Part shown: piece by piece, positions 37,026-50,300 of the stretch
Layout: the number at the start of each line of letters is the position of its first letter
Numbering within the stretch: the first letter of the stretch is position 1
Origin: Dimorphilus gyrociliatus
Taxonomy: Eukaryota > Animalia > Annelida
Assembly: GCA_904063045.1 (NCBI GenBank)
Contig: CAJFCJ010000019.1
Location: forward strand, 124,001-188,000
Length of the DNA: 64,000 nt
Direction: 5' to 3'
Made by a program: the position numbers and the translations under genes
The notes under the pieces: model-generated
Told to the model about the DNA's origin: nothing
Databases searched by the model: none
Seen by the model: only the letters and a program-made list of their open reading frames with translations

Positions 37026-39029
37026 ATGAATAGGCTAACAACAACAATTGGCTTACTATCAACAGCTTTAGCTATTTGGTTCGGCCTATTAAGTCCTAAG
37101 ACTCTCAATAGCTTTACACGATTCCAGGACATGAATATAAAATGGGATTCTATGAAATTCAATTTCGAGACTGATGATTCCATTGTCCGATTATCAGGTC
37201 AATTCGGGCGAAATTTAAAGGTATTAGCATCAATAAATCCATGTCCAGACGAGTTATACGACAACGGAGCAAAGAATTGTATAGAATTCACTGGAGAGAG
37301 TAGACTAGAAATCGAACCTCAATTGGATAATTCTGGAAGATGCTATCGCATAAAATGGACACCATTGAACAGTAATTTTATACCCGAAGACTGTATTGAC
37401 ATTAATAAAGCTTATTGGTATGGGGGTGCATCCGTGTATGAACAACACTGGCCAATTAATAAACAGAAACATAGGATGACAGCTTACGTTTCGGGAGATA
37501 TTCTCGCACCGGCCGAACTAAACTATGAATACGGAGGAGTGTTAGAAAGGTATTGGATTTCATCGAAAGGTGCTGGAATTTACGTTCAGCCCGATATACC
37601 TTTGCATGTTGGCTTTAATGACAATTCTAATGGTTTATTGTGCTTGAAATCCTCCTTTGAAGCACCCTATTTGCGCGACTCACAAGCATCTGTCAAGTCT
37701 ATTTTAGACTATACAATATGCTTGAGTGATAATGTGAAAAGTGTTCATAAAGTAATGTCTAAGAAATTCTTTGATAAACCTCAATCAGTGCCAGACGAAA
37801 GAATGTTTAAGAGTCCGGTTTGGTCAACTTGGGCAAAGTATAAAATGAACGTTAATATTAACGACGTCAAAGAGTTAGCGGAAGATATAAATAGATACGA
37901 AATGGCAAATAGTCAGATTGAAATCGATGACAAATTTTCTACATTCTATGGAGAATTCGATTTTGATCCAGTTAAATTTCCAAACGTTTCATCTTTTATA
38001 AATGAAATAAAAAAGTCAATGAATTTCAGAGTAACTGCTTGGATAGTTCCATTTGCAAATAACGACTCGGAAGCATTTAGAGAAGGTGATAGTAAAGGAT
38101 ATTGGGTTAAGAATGTTGGAGGTCGAACGGAAATAGTCAAATGGTGGCAAGGATTTGGTGGTTTATTGGATGTAACTAATCCAGAGGCAACCAAATGGTT
38201 TATAAAACGTTTGGAAAAGTTTAGAAGCCAAAGCAATATAGATTCATTTAAATTCGATGCGGGAGAAGCTAATTACGTTCCACCTAACGCCGTTTTCTAT
38301 AGACAATTAATCAACCCAACATCCTATGCCACGTATTATGCTCAACTTGTTTTCAGTTTTGGCAGTCAAATTGAGACTAGAATCGGATTTCAATCCCAAA
38401 AGTTTGGAATATTTGTTAGAATGTTCGACAAACATTCGAGTTGGGGCTTTGATAATGGCCTCGCTTCTCTTATACCAAACGCCCTTCAATTCGGTATTGT
38501 TGGCTACCCCTTCATCCTGCCAGATATGATCGGGGGTAATGGTTATAGCGGCAATCAGGATGAATGGACTAGTTCAACAAAATTACCTTCAAAAGAATTG
38601 TTCATACGTTGGATGCTATTGACAGCTTGTCTACCTGCCATGCAATTTTCATTCGTTCCTTGGCAATACGACAATGAAACTATAAAGATAGGCAAAGACG
38701 CCATACACTTGCACGAGACTCTAATAACTCCCGCTGTTCTCAGGGCAGCTGCCGAAAGTGTAAGTCACGGTTTCCCCATTATTAGACCTATATGGTGGTT
38801 AGAGCCGAACGAGGATAAAGCTCTTAGAGTAGAGGATCAATTCTTAATTGGTAATGAACTCTTAATAGCCCCAATCATTATGGAAAATAGCCGATATCGA
38901 AACATTTACCTACCGTCAGGTAATTGGCAAGATAAATTAAGAAATGAACTTGTTACAGGAGGAAAAACACTGTTAAATTATTATTTAGATTTACATGAAG
39001 TGGCAATTTTCAGGCGTATTGTGCTTTAA
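37026..39029 (+). CDS. MYORG: MYORG / KIAA1161 GH31 glycosidase (alpha-galactosidase type), single coding exon
   Basis: N-terminal TM; WYGG..EQHWP; GGVLERYWISSKG; PVWSTWAKYK; IEIDDK; KWWQG; FKFDAGE (nucleophile Asp); ILPDMIGGN (acid/base Asp); PAMQFS; PIIRPIWW; DQFLIG. ATG at 37026 follows a 5'UTR acceptor near 36971. Confidence 0.93.
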   Translation: MNRLTTTIGLLSTALAIWFGLLSPKTLNSFTRFQDMNIKWDSMKFNFETDDSIVRLSGQFGRNLKVLASINPCPDELYDNGAKNCIEFTGESRLEIEPQLDNSGRCYRIKWTPLNSNFIPEDCIDINKAYWYGGASVYEQHWPINKQKHRMTAYVSGDILAPAELNYEYGGVLERYWISSKGAGIYVQPDIPLHVGFNDNSNGLLCLKSSFEAPYLRDSQASVKSILDYTICLSDNVKSVHKVMSKKFFDKPQSVPDERMFKSPVWSTWAKYKMNVNINDVKELAEDINRYEMANSQIEIDDKFSTFYGEFDFDPVKFPNVSSFINEIKKSMNFRVTAWIVPFANNDSEAFREGDSKGYWVKNVGGRTEIVKWWQGFGGLLDVTNPEATKWFIKRLEKFRSQSNIDSFKFDAGEANYVPPNAVFYRQLINPTSYATYYAQLVFSFGSQIETRIGFQSQKFGIFVRMFDKHSSWGFDNGLASLIPNALQFGIVGYPFILPDMIGGNGYSGNQDEWTSSTKLPSKELFIRWMLLTACLPAMQFSFVPWQYDNETIKIGKDAIHLHETLITPAVLRAAAESVSHGFPIIRPIWWLEPNEDKALRVEDQFLIGNELLIAPIIMENSRYRNIYLPSGNWQDKLRNELVTGGKTLLNYYLDLHEVAIFRRIVL

Positions 39030-39240
39030 TAGAATACTTAAGTGCCTCGTTTCTATAATAAGATTTCTCTCTATGAATAATTGTCCATTAACTATGGAAA
39101 AATAAGAAATTACTTTCTAGAAAGTTGTTAATCAACCGATTCTTTATCATTTAATAGGGAGAAATTAAAATATTAGATAATTAACGTTTATCGATCTCAT
39201 CTTAATCGTTGACGGTGTCAAATAAATTTCCCAAACTTTT

Positions 39241-40287
39241 CTAATGTCCCTTATATACGGGCGCGCGCTTCTCTCGGAAAGCAGTCAAACCCTCAATTCT
39301 ATCTTTTGTCGGTACTATTAAACCGTAACAGTATTGTTCGATTGAAAGGCCAGTTTGTAAATCTACTTCGCTTCCCTTAGAAATAGCTTGCTTCGCCATT
39401 CTAACAGCTATAGGTCCTTGAGGTAGAATTTCTTTAGCTAATTCAAGAGACCTGTTGTAAGCTGCATCGCCGATTTCGTTCTGCGGCACGCAGTGATTTA
39501 CCAAACCAATTTCTTCGGCCTGTTTTCCATCTAGGACTCTGGCGGTATATATTAACTCTTTTGCCTTGGATACGCCAATTACTCTGGGAAGCTTTTGGGT
39601 TCCGCCACCCCCAGGTATGATTGCCAATTTCGTTTCAACTAAGCCCATTTTAGCTGATGAGGAGGCCACTCGCATATCGCATGATAGAGACATTTCTAAA
39701 CCGCCTCCGAGGGCAGCACCATCTATGGCTGCAATCGTTGGAACAGGTAGATTGTCCATTTCGCTTATTAAAAAGCGTAATTTTGAGACGAAAGGGCCAA
39801 CCTGTTAAATAGTTAAACTTTCTTTTATCTTTGTATTTGTATAGCTTATTAAGAATTGGAATGTTAAAAGAAAGTATTCAAATTTAAATTAAAGATTGCT
39901 AATGAATTATAAATAGATTATATAAAATTAAATAGCTACTGCTAATTGACGATGACTGACCTCTTCGGGAGCCATTTTAGCTCTCTCTTTTAGATCAGCC
40001 CCTGCACAAAATATTCCGGGTATTTCACTTCTTACTATGACAACCCTTATTGCTGTATCATGTTTGACTGTTTCAACAGCATCTTGAAATTGTTTTAGCA
40101 TATTTCGGCTAAAGGCATTTTTAGCCTTTGCTCTTGTCATTCCAAAGACGGCAATACCCTCGTATTCATTGTTTAAATATTTCAAATTGAAGTCATTATC
40201 CTCAAACTTTACGGTATGGCTAAATCTCTTTGGAGAGAATGACCCATTGAGGATTATACGCGATGAATTTCGGAAAAGTCGGAGCAT
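39241..40287 (-). CDS. AUH: Methylglutaconyl-CoA hydratase, mitochondrial (crotonase family), 2 exons (40287-39961, 39800-39241)
   Basis: Mitochondrial-type presequence; KAKNAFS; [10 protein letters not shown]; [27 protein letters not shown]; [22 protein letters not shown]; GPIAVRMAK; [14 protein letters not shown]. Confidence 0.95.
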
Positions 40288-40484
40288 ATCGAAAGTTCAA
40301 TTTACCGGTTACCAGTTTTCTGTTTGCAAAGCAAAATATTCATATATCTTTGGGGCTTAATTAAATATCGTTTCCTGCTTTGGCTTCAATTAATTTCGAA
40401 TCTCAAATATTGAAACTCAGTGTTAAATATACCATTGCATAGAGTTAGCGTTTGAAATTCAAATTGGTAACTTTTTTGGTCATA

Positions 40485-40494
40485 GTCACGTGAC
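40485..40494. promoter_or_regulatory. Perfect palindromic CLEAR/E-box GTCACGTGAC upstream of AUH
   Basis: Exact 10-bp palindrome about 200 bp upstream of the AUH ATG. Confidence 0.5.
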
Positions 40495-40799
40495 CATAAT
40501 TCGGGGTTCATATCTGCGTCAGTTCAAAGACTTGGAAAAGAAGAATGTAAAGAATGCAATAAGCTTAGTTAAATTAGTAAACCTGTTGAACGGAAAAGTA
40601 TGAAAAGACTTATCAATATTATTCGGGCTTGAAAAGAACTGTTTAACTTTGGTGAGAGAGAAGAATTTTAAATTAACTATAGAAATATAAAAATAAAACT
40701 TTTCCTACGAAAAATAGAATAAAAATATATTCAAACAAAAGTTCGAAGACAGTGGAGAGAAAAAAAACTTACGTAAGACACTTTCAATTGCCTAAGAAG

Positions 40800-42989
40800 T
40801 TATTGAGAGTTTTTTGAGTAAAATTTAGATGGAGAAAAACAACTCCTTCTTCGCTTAGGTTCAGGAGGTTTCATGTAATCCTTTTTTAATTCAGAGAATA
40901 TTTTCATTATCGACCTGACCTTTTCACCATCCAACAAACCAAAATCATACATATTTGATAGATGCAGAATGAAATTACGTTGAATGGGTATGAGCTCAAA
41001 TATATTTTTTCTTATTAAATCTTCACAGGCTTGAACCATTGAACTATCGCTTGTATACTTACCTGGCATCATATGCGTATTCCATAACATCATCATTTTC
41101 TTTTCGTCTTCGTTAACATCTGAGAAATCGCTTATCATTTTTTGCATCTTATGTCTTAACCATTGAGGGTCGTTCTCCTCCTCAGAATCAACATCAGCCT
41201 CTTGTTCATCAATTGGACGGCAGGTTGCAGAATGATAATATAATCTATTATGACCAACAACGTCGACTAATCGACGGCAATTATCAACATCCCTATCAAA
41301 AAATTCAGACATTTGATATGGTGGATTGTTGGGTCCAGCGACGAGTAAAGATGTCGTTGGTTTTTTTTTAGTTGGACCAAACCGACTTCGACTTATTCCG
41401 GTATTAGAGTGAATATCAATCACTGAACCTATTTCCAAGTAGGCGTCATAACAATGATTTATAACAACATCAATTTTTGCTCCTTTAGGATTGTCTGTAA
41501 AAGTAAATAGAAATCTTGGATGACATAAACGGAGATGCTTTAATAGGGAGTACATTGACGGACATTTAACATGACACCAAGGACAATTCAAGTTATCTCC
41601 GCTTTCGGTGTGTTGTCTTGTTGAGTCTGTATACATAAATTGATAAAAAATCTTCTTTGATGTCGAAGAATGCAAATGATTATTCAAAGTTGATAGTTTC
41701 TTTTGTTCTTTTATACTAAGTGCTCCATTTAATTTATGTTGTCGGGTAATTGGGGAACTTCTATTTGTCATTTCTGAATCATTTGACCACTGTACTCTGA
41801 AGGAAATTGTAGGTTGATGATTACTCATCTCAAAAGCTTCTATTCGACGACCATCACCAACAGATTGCCAAGAGGCATTTTTTTTTAAAGACTCTGCAAT
41901 TTCTGTTTTGTCTATGTCCACTATGTCTGAATGTTTAGGGTGTTTAAGTAATACTTCATAGTAACCGTCTTCTAAAAGGCAATTTCGTCTATTATTGAAC
42001 ACTTCAAGAGTTGCAAAATAATTGGCCGAGTAAAAGCGATCATCATGATCATCATGATTTTGAACTTGACTTCTCAATCGTCTCTTATCACCAGAATCTA
42101 TAAATTTTTTATAACTTAGATGTTTTATGGAGTAGAATAAAATTTATACACAAACCAGAATATTCACTAGATTCTTCAACAGAACTTCCATCATTTTTTT
42201 TACTACGAACTATGAGCATTAAAGTGAAAGAGTTATTTTTTGTAAACTCCTCCGCAGAAATAGAAATAGCTGATGAAGCATCTTTCTTACACAGAGTGAC
42301 TATCCCTACATCAGAGTTGGTTACTTGATGAAATGATCTATCTGATGTCTAAAATAGGCAAACTTCGTTAAAAAAACAGTCTAATATGTAATTTTAGTCA
42401 TAAACCTTTCTCTTAGAGTTCTTAAGTTTCAGAATTGATATCTTTATTTCTACATCCTTGTTTGATCGTTTCGCTAAAATTAGAATTTTCTTTATTTCAC
42501 TTATAACCATCAATATTCTATACTCACAGCCATCTTTAAAATTTGTAAAGGTTATATTTAAATAATTTTCGTTGACTAATTTTGTGGCTTTGGAAAGTAG
42601 CTGTTTGGTAATTTCTTTTAGCGAACGTCTAGAAGAATAAAAACTTTTTAAACCATAATTTAATTTGATTAATATTGTTATCTTACTTATTTTTAGATCT
42701 TAAACATCTTCCTTTCATGTAGCTTAAAGTTCGATGTAAAAATATAGGCTAAAATTTGTTCAGATATGAATAATTAATTATTGTTTCTTATACTTAAACT
42801 CACATTGTGAAGGTGTCTATTTGCCAGGTAACGATAAATTTGCGTTGGATCTAAATTTATAGGAGCGATAACATAAGATATAGCGAATTACAAGATCTTA
42901 CTTCCGAAGGCTGTCAAGAACAATTCCGTGTCTTCGTTTTGATCTGATTTTTCGATATTTTGACCATTGCTTCTGCGTTTTTGAGGCAT
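40800..42989 (-). CDS. SUZ12: Polycomb PRC2 subunit SUZ12
   Basis: ELFLTAFGNPTQIYRYL, PIFLHRTLSYM, C2H2 finger CPWCHVKCPSMYSLLKHLRLCH, VEFS box NRLYYHSATC..DSEEENDPQWL..DFSDVNEDEKKMMMLWN..RNFILHLSNMYDFGLL. Small 5' exons followed by a 1.3 kb terminal exon (42097-40800). Confidence 0.95.
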
Positions 42990-43032
42990 TATACAACAAG
43001 TTTTTGTGTTTTAATTTAAAAAAGCGGCAAAA

Positions 43033-43139
43033 CCAATTTCGAGCACGCATGCGCTATGCGTACTCAAACATTGAGGATTACCCGTTTCCATCAAATAATT
43101 TTATGTTTTGCTTGTCTCGATCTCAATTCCAATATGGCG
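43033..43139. promoter_or_regulatory. Bidirectional promoter of SUZ12/SLC25A24 with CCAAT, NRF1-like and YY1-like motifs
   Basis: 211 bp between divergent ATGs, containing CCAAT (43033), ACGCATGCGC (43045-43054) and CAATATGGCG (43130-43139). Confidence 0.5.
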
Positions 43140-43200
43140 AAGACGGGGAGTGCGATAATGCATGAATATTTCAAATAAATGAAATTTTGAGGTTTATATA

Positions 43201-45794
43201 ATGCATAAAACTTTTTCTGGTGAACTGAGTAACGAAGACGAAGCACGTATTGCAATACTATTTGATAAACTAGATATAGATGGCGACGGTCGCATAAATA
43301 TAACTGATTTAACGACTGCTTTACATAAATATCAAGGATTTCACGTTCCAGGACAAGTTCAAGTATGTTCTTTTACACCTGTTCCAAGGCTATTGTATTT
43401 ATAGAGTTTCTTTGCAGAGCCCTATAATAATTAAGTAAACTCTTAGCTCAGAAAAGACATTGATTACACAATCTTTAATGTAATGTTTTTTTTTACCAAT
43501 TTATTCAGACTTTTTTCGACTCCTACGACAAAAATAAAGATGGCCATATAGAATTTTGCGATTTTGTTCAGTTTGTCATTGACCATGAAAAAATTTTACG
43601 CCTCTCATTTGGAAAATTAGACCACAACAGAGATGGTAAGAACTATTTAAATTTATAATACATCATAGGTTTTTTTTACGTTAACATATGGGCATTGTTT
43701 GAAATATAGAGATTTTTTTGCTTGAAATATTTAAGTATACAAACTTCATTTTGAAAATATTATTGATTTATAACAAATTATTGAAATATTTCACAATTTT
43801 TGAAGGCCTAATCTTACTATTGCACTCCTTAACCGTAAATATAATACTTAATAGAAAATCAATAGTCTAAAAGTAACATTACTTTCAATATGGCCATTGA
43901 CCTTTATTTAGAACGTAATTTCTCTCAATCGTAAAATTTGATTCACAAAACTGAACTAGGTTGTCTAGAAAGAGAAGAGACAGTGTCCGTTAAATGATAC
44001 ATCAAAAATGAGATGGAATTTTGAACTTTAATTTTTGGAATTTGCTTCAATTTTTGACGCACTTTTGTTATTTTGTTATTAATACTGCGTAGAAAGAAGT
44101 AAATTTTAGTTGAGTCTAATACATTGTTCTAGAAATCATAAAAATAATCATGTAGTGACTCATAAAAGTAAAATTTGTTATTAAATTGATTATCTTGAAC
44201 AATGAATGAATATCATTGGTCAGCAGAAAATAATAACTTTTTATTGCACAATTTTGAGACAAATTCATAACCTTATTATGCTATTATTAATAGAATTCGA
44301 TTAAAAAGCTAAAATTTTTCCACGTGTTGTGAATTATTTATTGAACTTGAATATTATTGTGGTTGTATGACGAAGTATTCATGTGTAAATAGAAAAGAAC
44401 TATATTTACGACAATTTACTATATCAAAACATCAAATCTGTAGCTTACGCATTAACTGCGCAATACATAGTATTTTGAATAATAATGAATGTAATATACA
44501 TTTAAGAGAAGTACAGTGTCATTGTTCGTTACTTTCCCGTTGACGAAAGGTACAAATATTTTCTTATCTGATAGATATTGTTAAGTGCACGACTGGCCGA
44601 TTGTATTTTTGCCTTAATAATTAGTCTTAACTTTATACCTTGCACACTATAATCAGTGGACATCTTTGTAATACAAAGTCGTGTTTTATAGGAGTACTTG
44701 ATTTGGAGGAAGTTGTTCTCGCCTTTCACAGGTTGGGAGTGGACATTTCACGAGGGGAAGCGGAGGCGATGATAAGACAGATGGATCGTGATGAAACGTT
44801 ATTAATATCATATGCTGAATGGCGGGATTTTCTCTTGCTTCATCCGGCTAAAGATATATTTGACCTAGTACACTATTGGCGTCATGCCTCAATTATGGAT
44901 CTTGGTGAAAGTGTCTCTGTCCCTGATGATTTTACGAGGGGCGAAATCGAATCAGGAATGTGGTGGAGACATTTGGTAGCTGGAGCAGCGGCGGGGGGAG
45001 TTTCCCGAACGTGTACTGCACCTTTGGACCGATTAAAAGTTTTTCTTCAAGTGAATAGTCGTATGGGTATTACCGCCGGTTTAAATTATATGCTCAGTGA
45101 AGGTGGATGGCTATCGCTTTGGAGAGGAAATGGAATAAATGTGGTGAAAATTGCTCCTGAAACTGCTATTAAATTCATGGCGTATGAGCAAATAAAGAGG
45201 CTGCTTAAAGATAACAATGATAGAGAGTTAAGAGTATTTGAACGCTTTATGGCAGGATCTGCTGCTGGCGCTATATCCCAATCGGCTATATATCCGTTGG
45301 AGGTTGTTAAAACCAGATTAGCTTTGAGGAAGACAGGACAGTTCAATGGAGTCACAGATTGTGTTAGAGATATCAGATGTCATGGTGGTTTAGTGTCATT
45401 TTATAGGGGTTATATACCGAACCTGATAGGAATAATACCTTATGCTGGAATAGATTTGGCTGTCTACGAGACTTTAAAACGACTGTACATGAGGAAAACA
45501 AGAAATCAAGATCCTGGAATTATTGTTCTGTTGTCATGTGGAATGCTATCTTCAACATGTGGACAATTAGCTTCTTATCCTTTGGCTTTAGTAAGAACTC
45601 GCCTTCAGAGTTATAACACAGATCCAAAGAAAACAAGGACTTTAACACTTATTAGGAGTATTATACAAGAAGCAGGTTTGAAAGGATTGTATGGAGGAAT
45701 TACTCCAAACTTAATGAAAGTTTTACCAGCTGTTGGCATTTCATACGTGGTCTATGAACACGTCAGAAAGTTACTTGGAGTAAAGATGACTTAG
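43201..45794 (+). CDS. SLC25A24: Calcium-binding mitochondrial ATP-Mg/Pi carrier (SCaMC), 3 exons (43201-43362, 43510-43636, 44692-45794)
   Basis: Four N-terminal EF hands (DIDGDGRIN, DKNKDGHIEF, DHNRDGVLD, DRDETLLISY); WWRHLVAGAAAGGVSRTCTAPLDRLK; three carrier signatures PLDRLK, PLEVVKTR, PLALVRTR. Ortholog of the SLC25A23/24/25 group. Confidence 0.93.
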
Positions 45795-46708
45795 GCAATT
45801 TTTATTTTTTTTCCTTGTCATTTTTTCAACTGACGCTAATCCTGCAAATTATCAAACTTTTGCCATAAATCAATGGTGATGATATGTATATTTTGATGTT
45901 TTATGCAAATTTTGCCGGTTAGTGATGTAAATACGATTTCGTATTTTTTTGTTTTGAGATACTTCTTTTCTGACACTTTTCATACAGGGTTATTGAACCT
46001 CAGGTTCCTGTCTAAAAAAAATCAGATTAACAGATTACATTAACCCTCCAAAATATAAAACAGAGCATAAAAGAAGTTGCAAAACTGAGCTAAGAAGGAA
46101 AAGCTTAAAAGGAATACCCTTTAAAAAGCATAATAATTTTAATACACCCTAGGAAATTTGTTTGTTCTTTTTTTATTCTAAGCCTGCAAAATGTAAGAAA
46201 CTTGTGGTATGCATGTTTTATTACGTTATTAATGTATATATCACACTGCTTGATCAACTATTCCTGTAAATAGAATTTCAGTTTGCCTCAAGAAGGAAAT
46301 TTTTTTCAAAATTTATTTTTTTTTGTCTATCTGTAAGAACACTGACACCGAGACTTAACAAATGCTTAGATGATTCAGTAAATTTCAAATATTTATCAGC
46401 AAGCAAGTTTTTTCAAAATATTCTCTTCATTTCCATACCATCTTTCAAAGATAATCCATCAGCATGTGAAATTTGAGTCTATTTACATCGTAACCGGAAA
46501 TGACGGGGAAGGAATATTCAATAATAATTATAAACATAATTGAGAAGTTATGATTATAATATTTTACTTGTCTTTTCTAAATTATACTGATGCAAAATTT
46601 TCAATTGTTCTCTTAAAGCAATCTACTTTTTTCTTATTAGGCTTGTTTGATTTTTCTATTTAGACTATTTATAATTTATAAAAATGGCAAAGTTATAGAT
46701 AAATATAA

Positions 46709-46739
<31 letters not shown>

Positions 46740-47363
46740 ATATAAATCAATCTAGTTTATATTTTCTCAAATTTCTTGCATATTGTTCGTTGGTGAAATA
46801 GAGGGAGAGTTAAAAACTTTTAAGGTGTGTTGTTCTTTTCTTTTTTTTAATACAAAAATAATAGAGTTAAATGAATATGACTAAGACTTGTTGTTGTTGT
46901 TGTAGTTGTTATTAAAAAGCCAATTGAAAATAGAGATAGGACAATCTATCTATAAACGGTTATGAAAAGTTAATATTTGAACTGGTTTCCCTAGTCAAAG
47001 GAAAGTATATTCAGCATGTTTTTAGTACAAGTTACAAAAGTGGTTTTACTCTTTTTTTTGTCAAAAACAAGCTATTGTTAGTTGAGAAAGGTGACTTCTC
47101 AACAATGGTTAAAGAATATCGTTAGTTATCTAATTTAAATATGAAATGTAAAATGAAAAATTTGGTTTCTTTCTCTTAATGATTGAGTAGAACTTTTTAA
47201 AAAATATCTTGTTATAATAATATATTTCCGGTAACGACTAACATTCATTTGGGAATGGAGAAAAGATTGAGTTTCTTTAGTTGCCAAATTCTCTTCTAAA
47301 ATAAGAAAATTGGAAGGAATGGAAAATTGATTATTATACAGGAAATTAAGCAAAATAGGCAAA

Positions 47364-50300
47364 CTAACCGTCGAACTTAATACACTTTGTGCACAAGGTC
47401 CGTAGTAAATTATTTGACGCAAGAAAACGCTTGAATGGCTTCTGAAATTGTGGAGACGCCAGAGAATATAGGATCGGGTTTATGGCACTATTTATTGGCA
47501 GTACAAATATAATCAACCAAGCATGAGTTGTAGCTGAAGGTACCAGTAAAAAAAAAAGGGGAAAAAAAAAAACAAATGAATAACGTTAGGAAAGAAACAT
47601 AGGACGACGTATGCATTTAATGAAAAAAGAAGAAAAGAGCTAGAGGGCAAATCCTAATGAAAGCCTATCAACGAGAAAGTTTAAATATATTTCATATGTA
47701 GATTAACTTTTCAGTATCAAGTAATTTTCACCCTACTTTTACTCCATTAATTGGAGCCTACAGAATACATTAGAGGAGCATATTAACGGACCAGAAAGCT
47801 TTTACAATACGCTTTAAAAATAGAATATCCATAAAATTTCTCTCACAACTACTACTGTTAATTATATTTGGGCATTCCGATGAAAATTTGCACCGTCTTT
47901 GACACTTCAGGTGTAAAATTACTTAATCAAACAATAAATTACCAGAAAAATTACACCAAGTTTTAATAATAGTAGGAAAGTGCTGTTTCTACGGTAAACT
48001 GATAAAAAAAAGCATATTTACTAATATAAATATATATAGAATCTTACCGCCAACTTTTACTTCGCTTAGGCCTAGAATTTTTACTATAAATATAGGCGTC
48101 CAACAGAGGACATTCGTAAATACAATAAGGAAACATCTTGCAGCTAAAGCGGCGTCCTCGTCTTGCCACTTGTTTTCGGCTGATCTTTGCCTAGTTCTTC
48201 GAACGCTTGTGAACATTTTGGCGTATGAAACAGATACGAGGAGAACTGCTGTAACATTTATACCGAGGAAGAGAAAGGCCGAGTACTGCCAACCAGTTCT
48301 CCAAGGTTCATAAATATATAATGGGAGACACATTCCGTTACTTCCATAGAATCCTTCGGGGCCAAATTTCGTTGTAATAGTTACAGGTAATGCGGAGAGG
48401 AAGAGACCAATCAGCCACAGGCATAAAAGAAAAATCCAAGTTTGTTTGGTATTTAAATTTCTTGTTCTAAATGGATTTGAGATAACGCTGTAACGCTCCA
48501 CCGACATGAAGGTTAAAACGAAACCAGAGACCTGTTCATTATAATAATAAATAAATGTCACAATGTGCAATTACCGTAAGAACTTATAACCTAGGCGTTA
48601 TTTTACAAATAGTTGGCTCATTTATTTAATGCATTTGTCTTTTAAACAGGGTGTTACATACCATATAAATAAAATTTTCTATCCCTACTCTTAAGTGGAT
48701 CTTCGAAGCCAAACATGTTATGATATAGGCTTAATTTTTCCGCTTTTCCCTTCACTATGTTGAAGTATATATACGGTATGTACTAATATATATATATATA
48801 CAGTATATTCTAAATTAAAGTTTTTTAACCTCAATAGACTACTTACTTCAATGTCTTTCTATCAAACAACCTCTATAATTATTATGCAAAGAGTAGCTTT
48901 TATATAGAAAATACACATTTATGTATTCACTTACAATTCGTTTATTATTGTTTAAGTAATAAAAGTTGATCGACTTGTCATTTATTATTGAATATTTTCA
49001 TTGATTAACTATTAATATAACAACAAATCCTCCTTTAAAACTCTAATCTGTTGTTATAAATCTCGTCAACATTACACTTAGAAATATATACTCTTTATAC
49101 AGCATTTATCTTCTCTCGTTCTCTTTCTAGAATTTCTCTCTCATTTCTTTTTTTTTACTTATAGTCTGTAATAAAATCATTCTTTTTGATAAATGAACCT
49201 TTCATATATCAAATTTTACCCTGCAACTATTAACCCTATAGAATCATTTTCCTAAATGTATTAAATTCTAGGCATATCGGACTACTATATAGTTTGTTAA
49301 CTATTTATATCTGTATAGTACTTATCTATTAAGAAGGAAATGGAGAAAAGATAAATAATATACATTTATTAAATATTATTTATTATTAAGCATTTTATAA
49401 GTGTAATGGATAGCCTTGACTATTTCAGGCTGGGATTTATGTTTGTTGGTTTGTTTGAAGAAAGATTTCCTTAAACATGTTTAATGTTACATGATGTAAG
49501 ACAACGAATAATAGAATAATAGGAGTGCTTACCATTGCAGAGAGTACAGACAAAGAACCGATAAACTGGCATCCGATACTTCTTTTCCACGTTAGAGAGT
49601 GTTTGTTATATACGCCAGCGAAATGGGCGTCATATATTGCGATCATTAACAGGTAAACGCCCATAATGGAATCGGCAACTTTGTTTTGAGAGAGAGAGAG
49701 AGAGAGAGAGAAAAAAAAGAGAAAAGAAAAAGGGAAAAAAACATAAAAGATTGAGTAAAATATTTCTCTTCTTCTTTTATATCTATAAAAGAATATTCCC
49801 TACCGCATAGATTTATTATAAAAGCGGATGTCTTGTTCTTCTCCGTATTCTTTATCCTTGTTATTAAAACTAGAAGATTAGCAACAACTGTAAATAGGCC
49901 TATCACCCATATGAATACTCTAAGAATAGTATAGCCAAGGAGATGCCTGGTTAGTAAATTTACATTATCAATTAAGAATAATAAATATTTAAGTCTTACG
50001 TTAAACTTGAAATGCCGTCTGACTTTGGAGAGCAATTCGGAACGAAGTAGGCGTATTGACAGTATTTGAACTTCTTGAATGATCTATTTCGAGATATTTT
50101 TAATTATTATATATATTTTATACTGTATATATATATATAACAAACATTCTTTTAAGTTTGCTCATTGGAAACAAGTCAGTCGCAATATTATTAATAATAA
50201 TTCCTTCCAATTCCCTGGAAAAGAAGAGAAATACATAGAAAATCTTCTTAAAGGATAAAAACTATGCAATAGGTTACAAAGTCCTTAATTTCTTTAAAGG

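Noticed and set aside
41055-41068. ATACTTACCTGGCA, identical to the U1 snRNA 5' end
   Set aside because: Similarity stops after 14 nt and the site is the antisense of SUZ12 codons, so it is not a U1 gene.
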